A stretch of 64,000 nucleotides of DNA from Mayamaea pseudoterrestris (taxonomy: Eukaryota): assembly GCA_027923505.1 (NCBI GenBank), contig BROI01000021.1, positions 558,001 to 622,000 of the forward strand, read 5' to 3'. Below the pieces are notes generated by a model, which saw nothing but the letters and a program-made list of their open reading frames with translations, was not told the origin of the DNA and ran no database searches. A program made the translations under genes and the position numbers. Below are positions 37,934-49,836 of the stretch, in pieces. How positions within the stretch are numbered: position 1 is the first letter of the stretch; every line of letters begins with the position of its first letter.

Positions 37934-38656
37934 ATGTTTCCTTCAAAGTTGGCGACATCAACTAAAGTGATCCCGCACAGTAGACGTTCACCTCCAGCAG
38001 CTTGGAAGGAGTCGCTTCGACGAGCATGCATGGATCGAGCACGACAGCGGTTTGCAGGTCAGCCGCTGCACGAGCAACCCCAACAATATTCGGCTGAGCA
38101 AATTATCGCATCGGAATTGCACCTAAGTGAAGCATACGTCAAGGGAGAATTTCATGACAACAACGATTATGAACTCCGACGAGATTACGATCGCGAATGG
38201 CAGCGGTGCGACGAGCGCTTGTGCATGACCGAAGAAGAGTGGATCGATTTACTAGAGCAAGTAGCGTGCGAACTGGAGTTGACGAGGACGCAGCACGCAG
38301 TGGACGACCAAGACTCGTACTTGGAGCAACAGATTGCCAACTTTGAGAAGTGGCAACAAGGAAGGTCCGAGGAGGACGATGAACTAGGGACTTCATGTCC
38401 TATTTGCTACAATGGACGACTTATAACGACAGACTCAGGAGAAATTGTATGTTCCGACTCTATGGATGGCTCTTGCAATATGCGAGTGTCAATGTTTCAG
38501 CCTTCTCTGCCAAATTTCCGCGAGAAGCTGCAGCAAACAATCGAGTCTCATTCCATTTCGTGCTCCGGCACTGTTACGTTTCAAATGGGACCTGAGCGAG
38601 CTTTTCTTATTGCCGTGTGCACTGTTTGTCACGAATCACAACCTGTGCGATACTAG
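37934..38656 (+). CDS. RPAIN: RPA-interacting protein (RIP/RPAIN)-like
   Basis: N-terminal SPPAAWKESLRRACMDRAR, an acidic middle, and a C-terminal Zn-binding CPIC...C...C...H...C...CTVC. Confidence 0.75.
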   Translation: MFPSKLATSTKVIPHSRRSPPAAWKESLRRACMDRARQRFAGQPLHEQPQQYSAEQIIASELHLSEAYVKGEFHDNNDYELRRDYDREWQRCDERLCMTEEEWIDLLEQVACELELTRTQHAVDDQDSYLEQQIANFEKWQQGRSEEDDELGTSCPICYNGRLITTDSGEIVCSDSMDGSCNMRVSMFQPSLPNFREKLQQTIESHSISCSGTVTFQMGPERAFLIAVCTVCHESQPVRY

Positions 38657-39179
38657 TAGTGTTCCTGTAAACAACTGGATCTACCAGTTTGTGGTCAATG
38701 GCATGCATGAGCGCCCCAAAGGAACAATATATAATGTGTGAACGGAAGTAAATTACTATCTTGTTCATTCTTGTTAATGCACTTGTACTAGAGTAGTTTG
38801 ATAGTTTGTATCATACAAACAATACTGCTAGCATAGTAAGTAGCTGCGCCAGGATGATGACGAGACGAGGAGTTGGGCAGTCGTGCATGACGCACAGGCA
38901 TTTGCCACTATGATACTTATTGTAGTCATTTCGGAAGCCAATTTTCTATTGCCCGTCACAAATGACAGTCTATCAAAACCACCTCGTCAGTCGCTCCCAG
39001 CGAGGACGACATCGACGTGCATAGGCGACGTCGCCATCATCACAACATCAGGCTGCGTTTTCGCTTCCGAGTTTGACCTGCTACCGGTAGAAGCTACGAG
39101 TAAAACTTCTCTCTCGATTGGTAAAATTACATTTGTCGCGTCGCATACAACGCCACTGGCTGCTTCGACGAGTACTGCG

Positions 39180-39989
39180 ATGCTGACAAAACGTGATACA
39201 ACGGCAAAGTTGACAGTCATGATGATGCTGCTGACAGTCGTATCAGCATATGTGATCCAACCGACCGCAAATAGAGGACCGAAAGTCCAATCAAACTCTC
39301 GGTTTGCCCACATTAAACTCACATGGGAGGAGCAAGTCGCTGAACGAATTCTGGAGCGATTTCATGAACATTCTTCCGTATCAGACGAGCCTTTGATGGT
39401 TGCCATTGTCGGCATCCCCGGCAGTGGCAAAAGCACAAGCGTCGAAGTGCTAGCCGACATACTTAACCAAGTCATCAGCGACGACGCCTGTCTCTGTATG
39501 CCGTTTGACGGTTATCACATTCCACGAGCCCAACTCTTGACATTTCCAAAAGCAGAAGACGCTATTTGGAGACGAGGCGCTCCCGATACATTTGACGCCA
39601 AGTTACTTTGTCGTGACTTGCATCGCATACGCAACGGATGCGAAGAGCGAGTTCTCATTCCTGGCTTTTGTCACGCCGACGGCGACCCAATTTGCGACAC
39701 GCATGAGTTTCAACGACAAAATCACAAGATCGTACTTTGTGAAGGACTATATCTGCTGCACGATCAACATGGTTTCGAGCACGTCAAAGACTACTTTCAT
39801 ACGAGTTTGTTTCTTGACGCAAACTTGGAGACTTGCATGTCTCGACTTAAGGTACGCAACAAGGTGATACCGGGATATGGACCCGAAGAAATTGAATATC
39901 GAGTGGATGCCGTGGACCGCATCAATGCCCTAATTGTGCAGCAGTCCAAGGTGCGAGCAGAAATTGTTGTGCCAGTGGCAACCTGGTAA
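39180..39989 (+). CDS. P-loop kinase of the phosphoribulokinase/uridine kinase superfamily (YFH7-like), likely plastid-targeted
   Basis: Motifs VAIVGIPGSGKST, MPFDGYH, RRGAPDTFD and IVLCEGLYLL. Signal peptide ending VSA-YV. Confidence 0.85.
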   Translation: MLTKRDTTAKLTVMMMLLTVVSAYVIQPTANRGPKVQSNSRFAHIKLTWEEQVAERILERFHEHSSVSDEPLMVAIVGIPGSGKSTSVEVLADILNQVISDDACLCMPFDGYHIPRAQLLTFPKAEDAIWRRGAPDTFDAKLLCRDLHRIRNGCEERVLIPGFCHADGDPICDTHEFQRQNHKIVLCEGLYLLHDQHGFEHVKDYFHTSLFLDANLETCMSRLKVRNKVIPGYGPEEIEYRVDAVDRINALIVQQSKVRAEIVVPVATW

Positions 39990-40140
39990 ATAGGTGCACA
40001 TCCATGTCTCAGAATATATAATATCGGCATGCTTTACATGAATACTCGTATGCAGCAATCCAAGGCGCGGCATGAAATTTTAGTACCACTGGCAACTTGG
40101 TGAAGAGTTGCACATTTAGAATAGATATAAATGGCATATA
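39936..40140 (+). repeat. Diverged 114-bp tandem duplication of the kinase gene's last codons, stop and proximal 3' UTR
   Basis: VQQSKVRAEIVVPVATW-TAA (39936-39989) versus MQQSKARHEILVPLATW-TGA (40050-40103), offset exactly 114 nt. Confidence 0.85.
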
Positions 40141-40334
40141 TAACGCTTTATTACATATTAGACTGGTTGTTGCATGCATATGTACAAGCATCGTTCAAGC
40201 ATGGATCATGAACTTGGAGCATTCGGTGTTTCAATTAACGAGAGACTGACCGTCTAGTGGTAGCAACATTGCATGTAATAATAGGCATCCAGAAAAGCAA
40301 GTTATTTATTAAGAAACACGTTATTGTTAGTCCT

Positions 40335-41568
40335 TTACTTGCTCTCCTCCAGCGCCGACGCTCCCGAGATAATCTCAATGAGCTCGGTGGTAATGCGAGC
40401 TTGACGGGCACGATTGTACTTGAGCGTCAACGCATCAATCATCTCCCGCGCATTCTTAGATGCATTCTCCATGGCCGTCATGCGGGAAGACTGCTCGGCA
40501 GCAGCGCCATCCATGAACGAGTGGAAGATTTGCGACGCTAAAACAAACTCGTACAAATCCTGGACAGCTTCCGCCTTGTCTGAATCAAACTCGTAATTGC
40601 TCATACTCTCTCCCTCCTCCGTCTGGACAACAAAAGGCGTTACAACCTTGTACATTTGATTGTACGTGGCTGCGTTGACGTACGAGTTGTAAAACATGAC
40701 GATGGCATCATAATCCTTGGCCCCAGCAGCAACAATCTCAGTCGCCATGGCCGAGGCCAACGCGTAGGATCCAGGCGCAATGACATCGGTCAAAGATAGC
40801 TTGAGTTCGTCTCCAACGAATCGACGAAGCTGTGAGCGTCCCTTTTCTCCAATAACGACAACATCGGCTTCCTTTCCCTGCCTGTGCAGCTTTCGGAGAC
40901 AATCCTTGGTGGAGCGACTGATGAAGGAATTGATACCTCCGCATAGTCCCTTTTCGGACGTAAAAGGAATGATCAAAACCTTCTGCGGAACCTCCTCGTA
41001 TGTGGCATTCTCAACAAAGGCAGGCTCTCCGTTGATCGCCTTGGTCCACGAGTTAAATGGCTTGGCCACCGCGAGACGATTCTCGTCTCCCTTGAGCTTT
41101 GCAGCGGACACCATCTTCATGGAACTGGTAATTTTTTCAATATTCTTGGTAGATTGAATCTGGTTCCAAACTGCACGGAATGGATGAAAGAAGTAATTAA
41201 TGATTAATACACTTGCGTTGAAGAAAAGCGGTAAAACGATGCGAGCTTCCAACTTACTTTGCTTCTCGGTAGCCATGCCTCGCAGTTGCTGCGTCACAAC
41301 ATGTTGTTGAGAAAACCTGAAGAAGAGGAAGAAAGGATTGAATCATCAGATACGTCGCATTAAGCGTGTAATGACTGCGACTACAACCAGAAGGCTTTCG
41401 CCGTCCGCTGCTACTACCGGTCGCAAAAACAATAAATCCGACCGTTCGTCACGCGCTAATTGTAATTCTTTTTGAATAAAAGCTTAGTGAAACTTCCTTC
41501 TCATGCAAGTCTACTCACAATGCAAGCGCCCGAGGCGCTGTTTTCTGCGTAGCCAATCGAAGCGCCAT
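40335..41568 (-). CDS. ATP3: Mitochondrial ATP synthase F1 subunit gamma. Introns 41317-41518 and 41171-41257
   Basis: Presequence MALRLATQKTAPRAL...RGMAT, then NIEKITSSMKMVSAAKL, TSEKGLCGGIN, EQSSRMTAMENASKNA and YNRARQARITTELIEIISGA. Confidence 0.97.
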
Positions 41569-41789
41569 GGTGATTTGCGTGGAATTATGTTCACCCGCCA
41601 CGGCGATCTCCTCCGCAAAACAGGTTTTGAGCTTCTGTAGATGTCCGATCAATACCTTTGCGACGTGATTGAATCTCCACCGCGAAATTCACAAATCGAG
41701 CTCCTAATCACTTTTTTCAATCCTTTGCGTCCAGCACGACCAGTCGACGGGGTGTGACGCTAACCAGCCTTCCAAGTGTTTCAGCAGAA

Positions 41790-42818
41790 ATGAACAAAAC
41801 ACGTGGTTACCGGAACTACTTAACATGCCTTGCCGCTTTTTGCGGGCTTATTCCTTCCGAAGCTTTTGGGCCTCGGCCAACGCCTACAAGATTCCAAAGC
41901 TCATCGATCCGCGGCATGTCATCTCTGTCATCTGATGCAGCATCGGATAGCACTGGTGATATCTACGTCATGGTGAATGGCATGCCAGGTCCCATGGCGA
42001 CGGCAGCAGCTGAAGCATGTCTTCGAAAGAACCTCAAACTCGCTCCAACAGCCATGACGGGTCCGGATGTTCCTGCATCCACCATTACCGTTACAGATTT
42101 GGTTTCGGGAAAGTCGACAGATGTTCGCCTAGTTCCAGCCAATGACAAGGACGAACTGATTGCTAGTCTAGAAGGAATGAGAACTGCTGTTGGAGCAGAG
42201 AATCTTCTGGCCATTGACTATACTCATCCATCCGCCGTCAATGACAATGCGCGCTTTTATGTTTCGCAGTCACTTCCATTTGTCATGGGCACAACGGGCG
42301 GCGATCGCGACGCGCTTCTGCACGATGTTCACGGTCACTTTTGCGTCATTGCCCCCAATATGGGCAAGCAAATTGTTGCTATGCAAGCTGCGTTGGAAGA
42401 TTTGGCTAACAAGTATCCAGCTGCCTTCAAAGGCTACAAGCTGTCCGTTGTTGAGTCGCACCAAAAGACTAAGGCAGACACGTCCGGAACAGCTAAGGCG
42501 GTTATTGCCTCCATCAAAAAGCTAGCAGCCGACGAAGAGTTTAGTATCGAGACGGATATTGAGATGATTCGTGACGAACTAGCGGCCATGGAGTTTGGAG
42601 TGCCAGAACAAGGATTGAATGGACACGCATTTCACACATACACGCTCACGTCGCCTGATGGATCTGTTCAGTTTCAGCTACAGCACAACGTTGTGGGACG
42701 CACCGTATACGCCGAAGGAACGGCGGATGGCATCAAATTTCTGGCCAAAAAGATGCAGACGGAGAAGCCACAAGTGTACAGCATGATTAACGTCCTCGAG
42801 GAAGGTGCTCTGGAGTAA
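41790..42818 (+). CDS. dapB: 4-hydroxy-tetrahydrodipicolinate reductase (plant-type DapB), plastid-targeted
   Basis: SEA-FGP bipartite presequence; motifs VMVNGMPGPMA, IDYTHP, PFVMGTTGG, APNMGKQ, ESHQKTKADTSGTAK and GHAFHTY. Confidence 0.93.
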   Translation: MNKTRGYRNYLTCLAAFCGLIPSEAFGPRPTPTRFQSSSIRGMSSLSSDAASDSTGDIYVMVNGMPGPMATAAAEACLRKNLKLAPTAMTGPDVPASTITVTDLVSGKSTDVRLVPANDKDELIASLEGMRTAVGAENLLAIDYTHPSAVNDNARFYVSQSLPFVMGTTGGDRDALLHDVHGHFCVIAPNMGKQIVAMQAALEDLANKYPAAFKGYKLSVVESHQKTKADTSGTAKAVIASIKKLAADEEFSIETDIEMIRDELAAMEFGVPEQGLNGHAFHTYTLTSPDGSVQFQLQHNVVGRTVYAEGTADGIKFLAKKMQTEKPQVYSMINVLEEGALE

Positions 42819-42859
42819 TTGCTATAGCTTTGGATTAATTGGGTTCAATGACATGGTGT

Positions 42860-44281
42860 TTAATTTGTATTACTCATTTCTATTCGTAACCTGCACGCGG
42901 CGCATTCACAAAAGAACAAATATTTTGATACCAACTCTCGTCGCCGCTGATTTGTACTCTTTCTGCCTACACCATGTCCTGTACTGATATAGCTGATTGT
43001 CAATTCTTCGCCTCGCTGGATGTCCCGTGTGGCCACCAGATCCATGTGCGCATCACAAAAGACTTGACTCTGGATGCATGCATTTGGGGAGATGCACTCA
43101 TGGTTAATCCGAGCCGTTAGCAAAAACAGCGCCGAAATGTGCGGCGCCACCTTATCGTCGACTAGTCGATCCATTCCTCGCTGCAACACGCCGTCAGCAG
43201 AACCAAGCGCATATGCTACCTGCGTCTTGACCGCGTCATGTTGGGCCGAACCTCGTCCGCCAGTGGAGCGTAGCAAATCAGAGTAGTATGTTTTGAAGGG
43301 ACTTTGCGTCACAAGGCCAACACCGTTTCGAGCTGCCATCGACGCATGTTTGTGCAAATGGTCCAGCGATAAAACTGCCACTTCGGAAGGCACCATGGTG
43401 TAGGCATTCACGAGGCTTGCGTGTAAGGTATGGAGCGAATATGTGGATGACAGCGGATCAAAATCCCCAATTTCTAACGCAATTACATCGTTGGCGTCGC
43501 CACAGAGCCCTTGAAGCATTGAACCTTCCAAGCTGTTGGTTGCTCGATAAAGTTGAAGAGTGTAGGCGAAGAGTCTGATGACGAGAAGAATGACAGGGTC
43601 AGCTATTTGCAAAGCATCAGCAATGGATACACTTGCGCAGCATGAGCCAAGCAAAGTTTTGTAGGCCTCACTGCAAGCTTCTGTGCAAAAAAGGGACTGG
43701 CATGTCCGGCATGTTACTCGACCGAAGTCATCTATTAAAACATCGCTACGTGGCTGCTCGTGAGTGTATATGATATCAGGAATCGCCCAAAGGCTGGGTA
43801 AAGGGAGCTGGCGATCATCGGATGACACTGCGTTTGCAACTTTTAGCTTAGAAATAGGCTCCAGCGACCGAAAGCAGTGTTGACAAGCACGAACCGACAC
43901 AGCATCATGCTGTGCTGCTAAAAAGGCGCGTTCTGTGTAAATGACGGCCCCTCTGCGTATATTCGTTGTCGCAATAAGACCGTTTCCTCGATTCGGCATA
44001 GCAATAATTTGGACAGGTGGTGACAGATTTGTCGTATTGGGCGACATGCTGCATGATGAATTTTCGAATATGCTTAAAGATTCTAGAGCAGCTGATGAGC
44101 TCGTGATTTTGTGGATTGTCGGTTTGTCTACCACCATTAGCGATCCGGGGTGTGCTATTCGGTGCACCCGAGATGCGGTAAGTTTAACGTCAGTGACAGC
44201 TTCTTCCTGACATCCCCACGCCTCCTCCGACAAGCCTACAAAGGATACACCGCCCAGTAGTTCCCGAAGACAATCAGCCGG

Positions 44282-44313
<32 letters not shown>

Positions 44314-44365
44314 ACGGATCTTCCTCAAAATTCGCATCAAGGGACGACGTAGCGTCGTAAGTCAT
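42860..44365 (-). CDS. SMYD-type split SET-domain lysine methyltransferase
   Basis: Motifs NRGNGLIATTNIRRGAVIYTE, MYND-like CQHC...CRTC...FCTEAC, RINHEC.SPNA, ATRDIQRGEELTISYI and post-SET FFCECAAC. Poly-Asp N-terminus. Confidence 0.88.
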
Positions 44366-44852
44366 GCTAGCCAACGTTCTATACTGAGAGGGTTATCTTC
44401 TTCGAAAATAACTGTAGAACTACCAGTATGCAACTATAAAATCATACCACATTCTTGATTCGGTATATACAAGATCGATCATGGCGTCTTGGTTTTCGTT
44501 GGTGCACGCAGTGAGCATGCTGTCGCATCGAGACAGCCGTCGAGTACCGAAACGATCTTTGATACCGGAGCGATATAAGGCTCACTCTCAACGCCGCCAC
44601 CACCACCATGATGACTGGTGGTGGAGACATGATCTGCGTTTCGCAAGCGTTTGTATCCGCCTTTTCCATTTGCAACTCGCATTTTACCCCAAGATAGCCC
44701 GCAACGCTGTCTACCATTTGTTGTTAAAGCGACAAGCAGCGAGTTTGCGTGTGAGTCAGCAATTGAAAGAATTTGCAATTGGTGGTGGCGCTGCTGCTAC
44801 CGGTATTGTCATCGGCAGCAACAAGAGACTTAGCAAGAGTCTTCCGGCAACT

Positions 44853-45971
44853 ATGAGTCGAGCGAGGTAAGATGCATGAGATTGTGTTTGACGCATGGTA
44901 TATATTGCTTTGAGTGCCTGCTGCTCACAGGCCTTGTGATTTGTCCATTTACGGTTTATGTACTTTAGAGTCTACCCCGACGTAAATGTTCACCGCCCGC
45001 GCGAGTACTGGGACTATGAAGCGCTGACAGTTAACTGGGGCGACCAAGAGGAATATGAAGTTATTCGTAAGATTGGTCGCGGAAAATACTCTGAGGTTTT
45101 CGAAGGAATCAATGTCGTGAACAATACCAAGTGCGTCATCAAGATTCTCAAGCCGGTCAAGAAGAAGAAGATCAAGCGGGAGATTAAGATTCTTCAAAAC
45201 ATGTGCGGAGGCACCAACATTATTCAGCTCCTCGATGTTGTTCGCGATCCTCAGTCCAAAACTCCTTCACTCATTTTTGAGCATGTTAATAATACCGACT
45301 TCAAGATTCTCTACCCGACGCTTTCGGACTTTGACATCCGGTACTATATTTTTGAACTCCTCAAGGCACTTGACTATTGTCATTCAAACGGAGTCATGCA
45401 TCGCGACGTGAAACCGCACAACGTCATGATTGACCACGACAAGAGGCAGCTGCGTCTCATCGACTGGGGTCTCGCCGAGTTTTACCATCCTGGACGCGAA
45501 TACAATGTCCGCGTCGCCTCAAGATACTTCAAGGGGCCTGAACTTTTGGTTGACTTGCAGGAGTATGATTATTCGCTTGACATGTGGAGCCTAGGATGCA
45601 TGTTTGCCGGGATGATCTTTCGCAAAGAACCATTCTTTCATGGACACGACAATTACGACCAGCTGGTCAAGATTGCCAAGGTGCTTGGAACCGAGGAGCT
45701 TTTCCATTATTTGGACACGTATGACCTCGAGCTTGATCCTCACTTCGATGGCATTCTCGGACGTCATTCCAAGAAGCCTTGGCACAAATTTATCACACCG
45801 GAAAACCAGCACCTTGTTTCCGATGAGGCAATCGATTTCGTCTCCAAGCTCCTTCGGTACGATCACCAGGAAAGACTGTCGGCCAAGGAGGCCATGACGC
45901 ACGCTTATTTCGCACCGGTTCGTGAAGCTGCGGCCAGTGCCAGAGGATCTAACACTGGGTTCCAAGTCTAA
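44853..45971 (+). CDS. CKA1: Casein kinase II catalytic subunit alpha. Intron 44867-44968; in-frame upstream extension possible to 44481
   Basis: Motifs [60 protein letters not shown] and [12 protein letters not shown]. Confidence 0.98.
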
Positions 45972-46152
45972 TGGAAATGCCGGTTGAAAGTGAATATGTG
46001 GGTGTAGGATCGTTAAAATGATGCTAGAATTATTGTTGTTACTTGTTTAATTGACGCTATTCATATTGTCGTAACCAATGCCCTTCTCTGCGATGCAATT
46101 TTATACTACTTCTCATTGGCGCGATTTTAAAATATAGATGTACTATAACTTA

Positions 46153-48195
46153 CTATTGTCGATTAAGGAGTCCCCGCGCCACGAGCTGATTCATTAGTCT
46201 TGTATCTTCGTCTCCCTTGGGTCGAATCACTTCCTCTGTCATGTTTAATACATGGACTTGATCGCCAGAGCTCACGGCAATGCGTCTTCCATCGGACGAC
46301 CACCGCAACTTGTTTAAGCCACGGCCTGACATGGCATCGGGTTCGATAACTATACCCTCCGGTCCAGTCAATGGCTCTTCCAGCGACTTTGTCAAGTTCC
46401 ACAAACCAAGCGTTCCATTGCTTGAGGCAGTTGCAAACACTGATGGATGTGTCGGGCACCATTTCACATCCGACATGTAGTCATACGAGTGACTGACCAT
46501 GCTAAGCAAAGGTGTCTCACTGTAGGCGGGCGCCCACAGTTTTACCGTCCAATCGACGGAACACGAAAGAGTCAGACCACCGCTGCCTCGCAGAAAGCCC
46601 TTTGAGAGCGCAGCTACACGTATGGCAGCCCCCTTCTTTAAGGCCTTTGTCGATAGTGAATTGACCATGCCGTAATGCCCAAAGTTGTTGCCTGCAGTAT
46701 CCATCGTCTCCAGCTTGCGCACCTGTTTGCGACTTGATCGCTGATTGGTACTTTGGCTTGACGACTGAACCGTATAAAGTGAACCAAAATCGTCGCCCAC
46801 AAGTAAAACTTCCGACTCCGGCACAATGGCAAAGCAAGATACACTATCGCTTATTTGAACCGAATCAGCGGGTTCGCGCAAGTTGGCAAGAGACCAATAG
46901 TTTACACGGCCATCGGAAGAGCTGGTCACCAAGCCAAGCTAAAGAAGCACGAACAGCAATGCTTGTATGAGCGGTTATCATGTAGTCATCATCGCTATGC
47001 GTGCATTTCAAACACAGTCACGTTTTATACTTACACCGCCTTCAATGGCATCCATAAAACCTATGGGATGTGTGTGACCCTTTATAGAGGCACCCACGAC
47101 ACTCATCAATGAACTCTTCTGCACTGGCAATCGCCCAGCTCGAGTATCCCAAACGACAATCTGTCCGCTCTCGCAGCCACCAATGACCAGTGTAGGTTCC
47201 GTCGGATGAAATCTTCCGCAAGTGACTGGGCTTCCACACGTGAAAATGTGTTCCGGCCGAGATGGCATAGTCAGACTCCAAATCAAAGCTAACCCGTCCG
47301 ACTGCAATTCTCCAGTACGAGGAGTCATTGAAGAAGACGATGTTTCATTGAAAGATACCGATGAAACTGCCGTGGACCCCATGAAAGCGTTGCCACCAGT
47401 CGTGGAAGTGGGCATTTGATGGGTCGAGAGGAACAAGTCTCGATGCAGCAGTGACCAATCAATGTCCGTGACATCGCGGCCAGGTGTCCAGTTGGCGCAT
47501 TCAAAAATTTGCCGCGAAGATATGAAACGACTTTCGTCCGATGACTTCTGTTCCTTATTGCGATCAGACGCTCCAACATAATCAGCAAGCAAGTCGTCCA
47601 TCATGGGTGCTCCAAGCATGCGTTCAACTTTCTTTGACGCAGTATTAATAAAAGACACAAAAGCTTCGGAAGCCACATCCTTTCTGACGGATTCGATGGG
47701 CAAAACAACAGGCTGTCGCTCCAGTTCGTCAGCTTCTGCTGCCTCCGATGCACCATTACGCTGATCGACATGTTGCTTCTCCGAGCGCTCTACCGCTTCT
47801 TCTTCCTCAACATCTGGAATATCTATAAATTCATCAGGCACCGTTTGCGTTGATATTGTAAAAACTTCAATCTGCTTTTGGAGAGTCGCTTGCGGAGTCG
47901 TCGCAATGTTGGTTAGTTGAGGTGAAGCGTCAGCTTTTTCGCGATTCGCACTCTCAGTGGATGTAGCTCGAGGAGACGCTTGCTGAACTTGACCAGGTTC
48001 TTCACCTGACGCGGAAAGCATACCAGCAGCAGAAGCGCTCAGCAAGCCATCAATATATTCATCCAAGTTCGCTGCCGGTTTTTGTTTGCTTGTATCTTCG
48101 TCTCGTAAATTGCGCCGCTTCTTCAGATCTTCCAGTCGTCTCCTCTTTTCGTCCAGAGCGGCCGCTCGTTGCGCGCGAGTAGGAGCGTCAGCCAT
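46153..48195 (-). CDS. Cytoplasmic dynein 1 intermediate chain (WD40). Intron 46939-47034
   Basis: N-terminal coiled coil (LDEKRRRLEDLKKRR), then RDVTDIDWS, DGLALIWSL..PSRPEHIFTCGSPVT, GHTHPI, SCSVDWTVKLW and DVKWCPTHPSVFA. Confidence 0.9.
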
Positions 48196-48697
48196 TGTCT
48201 CTAACAGGAGAGTCGTAGATTTAACTCTGCTAGCTACCTACGGCATTCGAAGGATGCGCGCCGCTCGTTCATCATTGTGGTCGGCGCGATGATCCGAGCA
48301 ACTCTGGGGGGTGAGTGCTCGTGATTGAAGTGTTGAACCACGCCCCCGTACCGAAAATAGTTTATGTACTTGCAACCAAGTCAAACCCGAAGACTGAAAG
48401 GTTCTGCAACTCGTACCTGAGCTTATAATTTTTTTGTTGACAAGGTTTACAGCGACAAGAAAATGTATTTAACGCTTCAGTTACTAATGGTGTCATCTTT
48501 CTGCCCTCCAAACAACCAACACTGGCAAAGGATAGCGCAAGTAGCCGACAGCTTTTGCGCGGAGCTACAAATGTTGTTGTTCAAAAGCAAGCAACAGTCT
48601 ACGAGTCAAATGTGCACACATGGACACTGCTCAAGCACCTTTTTTGCGGAGTGGCAATCGAAACACCATCCAAACACAAGAGCATAAGTATTTGTAG

Positions 48698-49758
48698 CTA
48701 CACCATCTCCGACGCTCGCTCCCCAGCCGCAAGTAGCAGCGGATCTGAAAGAGTTTCATCGTTTGTGTCGCGTTCGTCGCCGATATGATATTGTGGCTGT
48801 TCTGCGCACATTTGAATGTTGGCATTCGCAACGCTACCTCGTCCAAATATTATAACCTTGACTGATTCCATGGCATGAACAACGCATCGCACCGTTGTCC
48901 GTCCGCAGTTGCATTGTAGTTGGGGAAAATTGACGGAACTGCGTGTCAACGTTAGACCGCTGGGCGTGGCAGCAAATTGTGGTAGGCGTGCCAACCATTG
49001 GAGGCACCGCCACTGGTCCATATTCCTGAGCGTATCCTCGCTTGGTAAAACAAGCACGTCAAATATGCCATACAACTGAAAGTGCCCAGATATCATACCC
49101 GAAAGATGCCCCAAAAGCGACAAATTGGGCATGAATAGCTGTAGAACGACGAGTCTGCGGCGAACATATAGAACACAAGAAAAGACGAATAAGATGCTAA
49201 ACCATTCACTTTTGCCGACGTCAACACATGGAATAGCAATACCATCACTCACAATACCCATGGATATAACCAAGATGGGACGTTAACGAAACCAAACAAT
49301 GTCCTGTCTCCTCCAGCTCCCACCAAACTCGTTTCCAAGACCAACATGTGGAAGAGAACACCAGAGAATCCAGCGGCCTGTTGATACATGAGGGCATTAT
49401 ATGCAAATACGTCCGATGCAATAAGTGCCACAAGCAGATATATAAGGCTGGTGAACAGAATAGCCACTAACACTGACAAAAAATGGCGTATCGTCCCGAG
49501 CTCTCGCTCCAGCAGGCTGCTTAATGCCAATGTCGACACCATGTTCATGGTAATATGCAGCAGACCCCCATGATAGAGCGCACTTGTCATGATTCTGTAG
49601 TACTCGTGCAGAACGATGACGTTGTGAGGGCACATGGTTACTCGTTGGAGTGGTGGAGCATTGGCAATCGCCTGGACGAGATACAAAACGCAGCATAGGA
49701 CGATGACACCAAACGTCGTCGGCGGTAGTCTGCTCGATATTTCGTTGAAGCGGGACAT
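48698..49758 (-). CDS. Rhomboid-family intramembrane serine protease (RHBDD1/RBL-like). Intron 49155-49252
   Basis: Motifs YYRIMTSALYHGGLLHITMNM, catalytic AGFSGVLF, YPWVL|LVVLQLFMPNLS and catalytic His in LLGHLSG. Confidence 0.9.
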
Positions 49759-49836
49759 TGTGTGCTTAAGCGAGTGGCCATGCAGTGTGTCACAAATCGT
49801 GCCGATGACTCGACACTACCAGACGAGCCTGGTCTC

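Noticed and set aside
44282..44312. (GTC)n microsatellite
   Set aside because: It simply encodes the poly-Asp tract of the SMYD protein on the minus strand.
48305..48347. tRNA-like ends on the minus strand (GGGGGCGTGGTTCAA...CACCCCCCA)
   Set aside because: Only about 43 nt, with no anticodon arm or TTCG T-loop; not a tRNA.
48300..48440. Possible snRNA or telomerase RNA suggested by an Sm-like AATTTTTTTG
   Set aside because: No U1/U2/U4/U5 conserved motifs and no telomeric template; a T-run in a 3' region is sufficient explanation.
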